Assembly (NCBI GenBank): GCA_038087875.1
Contig: CM075979.1
Coordinates: 39,432,001 to 39,496,000 of the forward strand
Source of the DNA: Malacoraja senta
Taxonomy: Eukaryota
Direction of reading: 5' to 3'
DNA: 64,000 bases
The notes under the pieces were generated by a model that ran no database searches, had not been told where the DNA came from, and was given only the letters and a program-made list of their open reading frames with translations. How positions within the stretch are numbered: the first letter of the stretch is position 1; every line of letters starts with the position of its first letter. Position numbers and translations under genes: made by a program. This document shows, piece by piece, positions 60,504-64,000 of this stretch.

Positions 60504-62900
60504 CTGAAAGACAACACAAAGTAACATGCGTCTCTCCCTGAGCTGCTCAATGGTTCCTAAAGAACATTTTCAAAATGTAATGGCTCTTCCATCAATTATT
60601 TAAAGCTACAGTAACCAACCCTGCCACCACCCTCCCCAGAATGGATTGTTAAAAGGTTTATTGAAGGCCTTATTGATTCCAAAATATCATACAGGGCTCA
60701 GAGCTTTATCCTGTGAGTCACATAAAGCTCTTGTTAGACCGCAACTGGAGCGTCGTACCTCAGGAAGGAAGTAATTAGAGTAATGCAAATTCAGCAGAAT
60801 TACACCAGAGCAAAAAGTGTCTGATGAATAAAACTAACTGCAGGACTGGCTCCATATTCCCATGAATGAGGAAACTAATTGAGTAAAACATCCAACGGCA
60901 AATAGAAAAGTTATTTTCTCCAATAAAGGGTTCCATATCACAAGAAAACAACCATTCACATAAAAGCTAATATAAATCGCAAGTCTCTACCTCCTCGCTT
61001 CCTACTAAGGACCAACTGACCAAATATTCAAACCAAGTGACCTTTAAAAAAATAAAAAGACAAGCATGCTAATGAATAATAAGAAATGCGTGGGGAAACT
61101 AACTTCACACAACAAATTCTCATGTGCTAGAGAAAATTCTCAGTTCATTTGTCCATTCAGTTAAACTTGTCACTATTGGTACTTCTATTTTTCCACCATA
61201 TTCTTGTAACCCTAAACCCTCAGGCTCTAAGATGCTCAACTGTTGAGCATCCACAGTTCTCTTGAGAATGGACTGTGAAAGTTGATAAACACCCAGTGAA
61301 GAACACTCAGCAGGCTTAAAATGCTGGTCCCTTATGTTAAGGGAATTTCTAAATATCTCGTTTATCATGATTTACTTTTCAGAGATCATCCAATTTTCTC
61401 AAGCCACATTTTATTTTGCCCCACCACTTCTCAGAAGACATGGTCATCAATCAAATGAACCCCGAGACAAGTGACTGTAGTTCTTGGAATCTTAAGCAAA
61501 ACTAAAAACAAGATGCTGGAGGAACATCTGTATTTTGGGTTAGGACCCTTATTCAGACCGATGGGGTAAAGCGAGGGATTACGGTACTTGCCAACTCTTT
61601 CCCAGTCCTCTCCCCAACCAGCTATCTCCCCTCTACTCCAGTCTGAAGGGTCCCAATCAGAAACACCGTCTATTTCTCTCTGCAGATGCTGCATGACCCA
61701 CTGAATTCCTCCAGTCTGTTTCCTAATCAAATGAACCTTCCGCGTCCCTCGCAAAGACAATATCCTTTGTCGAAACCAAAACTAAACAGTACTCCAGGTG
61801 CGGTCTCACCAATGCACCATTTAGTTGTAGGCAGACTTCCTTGCAACAACATTGCAAACATCCCACTTTTGGTTGGAGAGTTGATAATTAATCCAATTCT
61901 TGCCTGGTGATTACAAGATTATAAACTGCTGCAGAATGACATTACACTGTAATACTTAGCCTAAAACCTTTGCGTGGCACGTTAGAATGCCAATCCATTA
62001 CCTTTTGCACGCCCTCAACAGTAAACGAATACAGGAACAGACACTGGTAGGTCTAAGATCACCACTTGCACTAGCCAGCATCGAATCACTGGTCGTATCA
62101 CCCCTGCTCGTGTGTATCGAGGTGTCGCACCCCCTGGCGAAACAGCCCTTCACTTTTCACACTATTGCTAGGAGTGGAAAATTGCAGACTGTTTTTTGGT
62201 TAGAAATTATGTAAAATTAACATTTTTTTCACTGATTGGTGGCATCAATAGCTGATCCAAGGACACGTCTGGCTCAGATCCCTCGATCATCTTGCATACT
62301 TGATTCTTTCCGACCTTTAGTTTCACTGCCCTCAAATTGGGCCTCGGGGTTTGCCATTGCTGCGTCTTCTTCATTAACAATGTTTAACTTTCTCTCATGG
62401 AAGATACAAACGAATGTGAACAACCGTCAAGTGTGCATTTCCACGTATCCCAACATAAGAAAAACACCACATGCTGACAGAGGGCACACACGTTAAAATC
62501 ATGCCAAGCACTCAATTATGGCATCACCTCAGAATTACAGGGGCTTGGGAGGAGAACCAAGGGGAGAGTAAACATTCTCTGAACTCAGAGTTAACATGCA
62601 CAATTTTTTTTGGAGTCTGCCTTGCCCTGCCCTCCAGCGACAAGCCAGAACTGGGTTGACTCAATTGATCGAAATACTGGTGTACAACATGGTGCAGCCC
62701 CCCTTGACAGAGCAGCGTGGGCGAGTTAAGGGCATTTTATAGTATGTGCCATATTTTCAACTTGATTTTAAATTAAAAATAAATAAAAATAAAACAAACA
62801 TCAGGTTACATCAGTTAATAACAATTATAGATGGCAGTAGAAAGTGCGTTAGACATCTGCTTTATGAGTGTACATTGACCCGTTGTGGTTGAGTACCCAC

Positions 62901-63045
62901 CTGGCCTGGTAATGGAGTCCTTGAAGCTGAGTGGCCAGGTACTGAGGTAGTTCCCACATCACTTCATTGGTTTGAATGTTCCAGTAATAGTAACAGCCTG
63001 TATTCTCATCCCACACCTCTTGCCAGTCACCCATCTCCACATTAA
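62901..63045 (-). CDS. FNBP4: FNBP4 exon encoding WW domain 1 (NVEMGDWQEVWDENTGCYYYWNIQTNEVMWELPQYLATQLQGLHYQA)
   Basis: Acceptor ttattgctacag|, donor CAG|gtgggt; 145 nt, phase 1 to 2; canonical WW signature. Confidence 0.95.
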
Positions 63046-64000
63046 CTGTAGCAATAAGAGAAAAGAACATATTTTGTATCTACTAAATTTACATCTAGTC
63101 CAAAGTTCACCCTTTGTCAGCACACAACTCTCCAGTGGTTGGGACAAAGTTGTAGAATCCACAAACTGTCTACCGTCATCATTAATTTTGTAGTATCCAT
63201 TCATAGACTGTGAACCTGATCTGTGCCTTCCTCACATCTTGTGAATGTTTACACATTTGTCCATTTTAACTATCAGGTATTATGGTCAAAGCCATCAACT
63301 TTTGCCGTAACTCTCAATTCTCTTGTTTGCCTCAATGACTTTAGCCATCCAGCATTACGATGTTTATCTTTATGTATTTGGGAACTGCAGCATATACAAA
63401 TTCCTATTTGGTGCAAAACACAAAATCACATTAGCTATGAGGAACAAAAGTTAAGAATTGTATTAGATTCAAATAAGAAAGATATAAAGATATTATAAAG
63501 GGCAGCAAGCCTGGGGATTGGGAGTAAAACTTCAAAATTCAGAAATAAAACAAACCAAAAGATTATGAGAGCAAAAGTAGAGCAGGAAAATAAACTTGAG
63601 AGGAATATAAATGAAAAATGTGAAAGGCTCGACAAGTATGCAAAAAGAAAATAGATTACAAAAGACAAATGGGAGAATTTATTCTGGGGAAAATAGCAGA
63701 GTAATTGAAGGTTTTGAATCTATCTGCATGGAGCTCAGAAATAACCCCAGCAATGCCAAGAAACTAAGAGTTGAGGGGGGAGAAATTAAAGGAAATGAGT
63801 ACGAGTTAAAAGAAAAATACTGGAGAAATTAATGGGACTGAAAACAGATAAAGCCCAAGATAATTCACATCCCAGTGAACTAAAAGTAACCATGGAAATA
63901 GTAGATGAATTAGTGTAAATTTTCCAACATGCCAATGGATTATAGAACTTTCTTTAGATTGCAGAGGAGCAAACCTAACCCTATTATTTAATAAACGAGA

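Larger units (their letters stand above)
41817..63045 (-). other. FNBP4: FNBP4 (formin-binding protein 4) gene, 3' portion with 13 coding exons; 5' exons lie beyond the right edge
   Basis: The spliced translation has two WW domains (GDWQEVWDENTGCYYYWN; KGWSCHWDREHRRYFYLNEQTGQSQWEFP), a polyproline tract and the C-terminus KMPSLVKKWQSIQRELDE...NANFEVLPDDWRERLKRRK, all recognisable as FNBP4. All junctions are GT-AG and phase-compatible. Confidence 0.96.

Noticed and set aside
62270-62400. Coding-looking minus-strand stretch (KLNIVNEEDAAMANPEAQFEGSETKGRKES) in an FNBP4 intron
   Set aside because: Only weak GAG acceptors and no convincing phase-compatible donor; the chain closes through 60398-60503.

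Overview
Vertebrate genomic DNA, most likely a cartilaginous fish (skate/ray-like). This is inferred from the repeats: V-SINE/HE1-like and Deu/SacSINE-like SINEs, abundant CR1, and Penelope-like elements. The window holds two tandem multi-exon genes on the minus strand, in the same order as at human 11p11.2. The first is the 3' part of FNBP4: 13 coding exons from the WW1 exon (63045) to the stop codon (41817), with an assembly gap of 178 N inside one exon. The second is essentially all of AGBL2 (cytosolic carboxypeptidase 2): probable ATG at 28927, candidate RFX X-box promoter near 36.2 kb, and a confident exon chain down to 5711. I built the exon chains by hand from splice sites and phase continuity. 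The large AGBL2 catalytic exon has a 1-nt deletion (frameshift at 17743-17744), either an assembly error or a real lesion. Introns are rich in CR1, L1, Tx1, L2 and Rex1/Babar LINE fragments, SINEs, one Tc1 IR/DR transposon, and many short Penelope-derived elements with minimal hammerhead-ribozyme motifs, several arranged as fold-back palindromes. The most notable observations are the hammerhead-bearing palindromic mini-elements, a twin-primed 5'-inverted L1 with a fold-back junction, an L1 inserted just upstream of an FNBP4 splice acceptor, two candidate FNBP4 poison exons, and the AGBL2 frameshift. I see no prokaryotic-type system such as CRISPR or an operon. Repeat boundaries are approximate unless a target-site duplication (TSD) is given.
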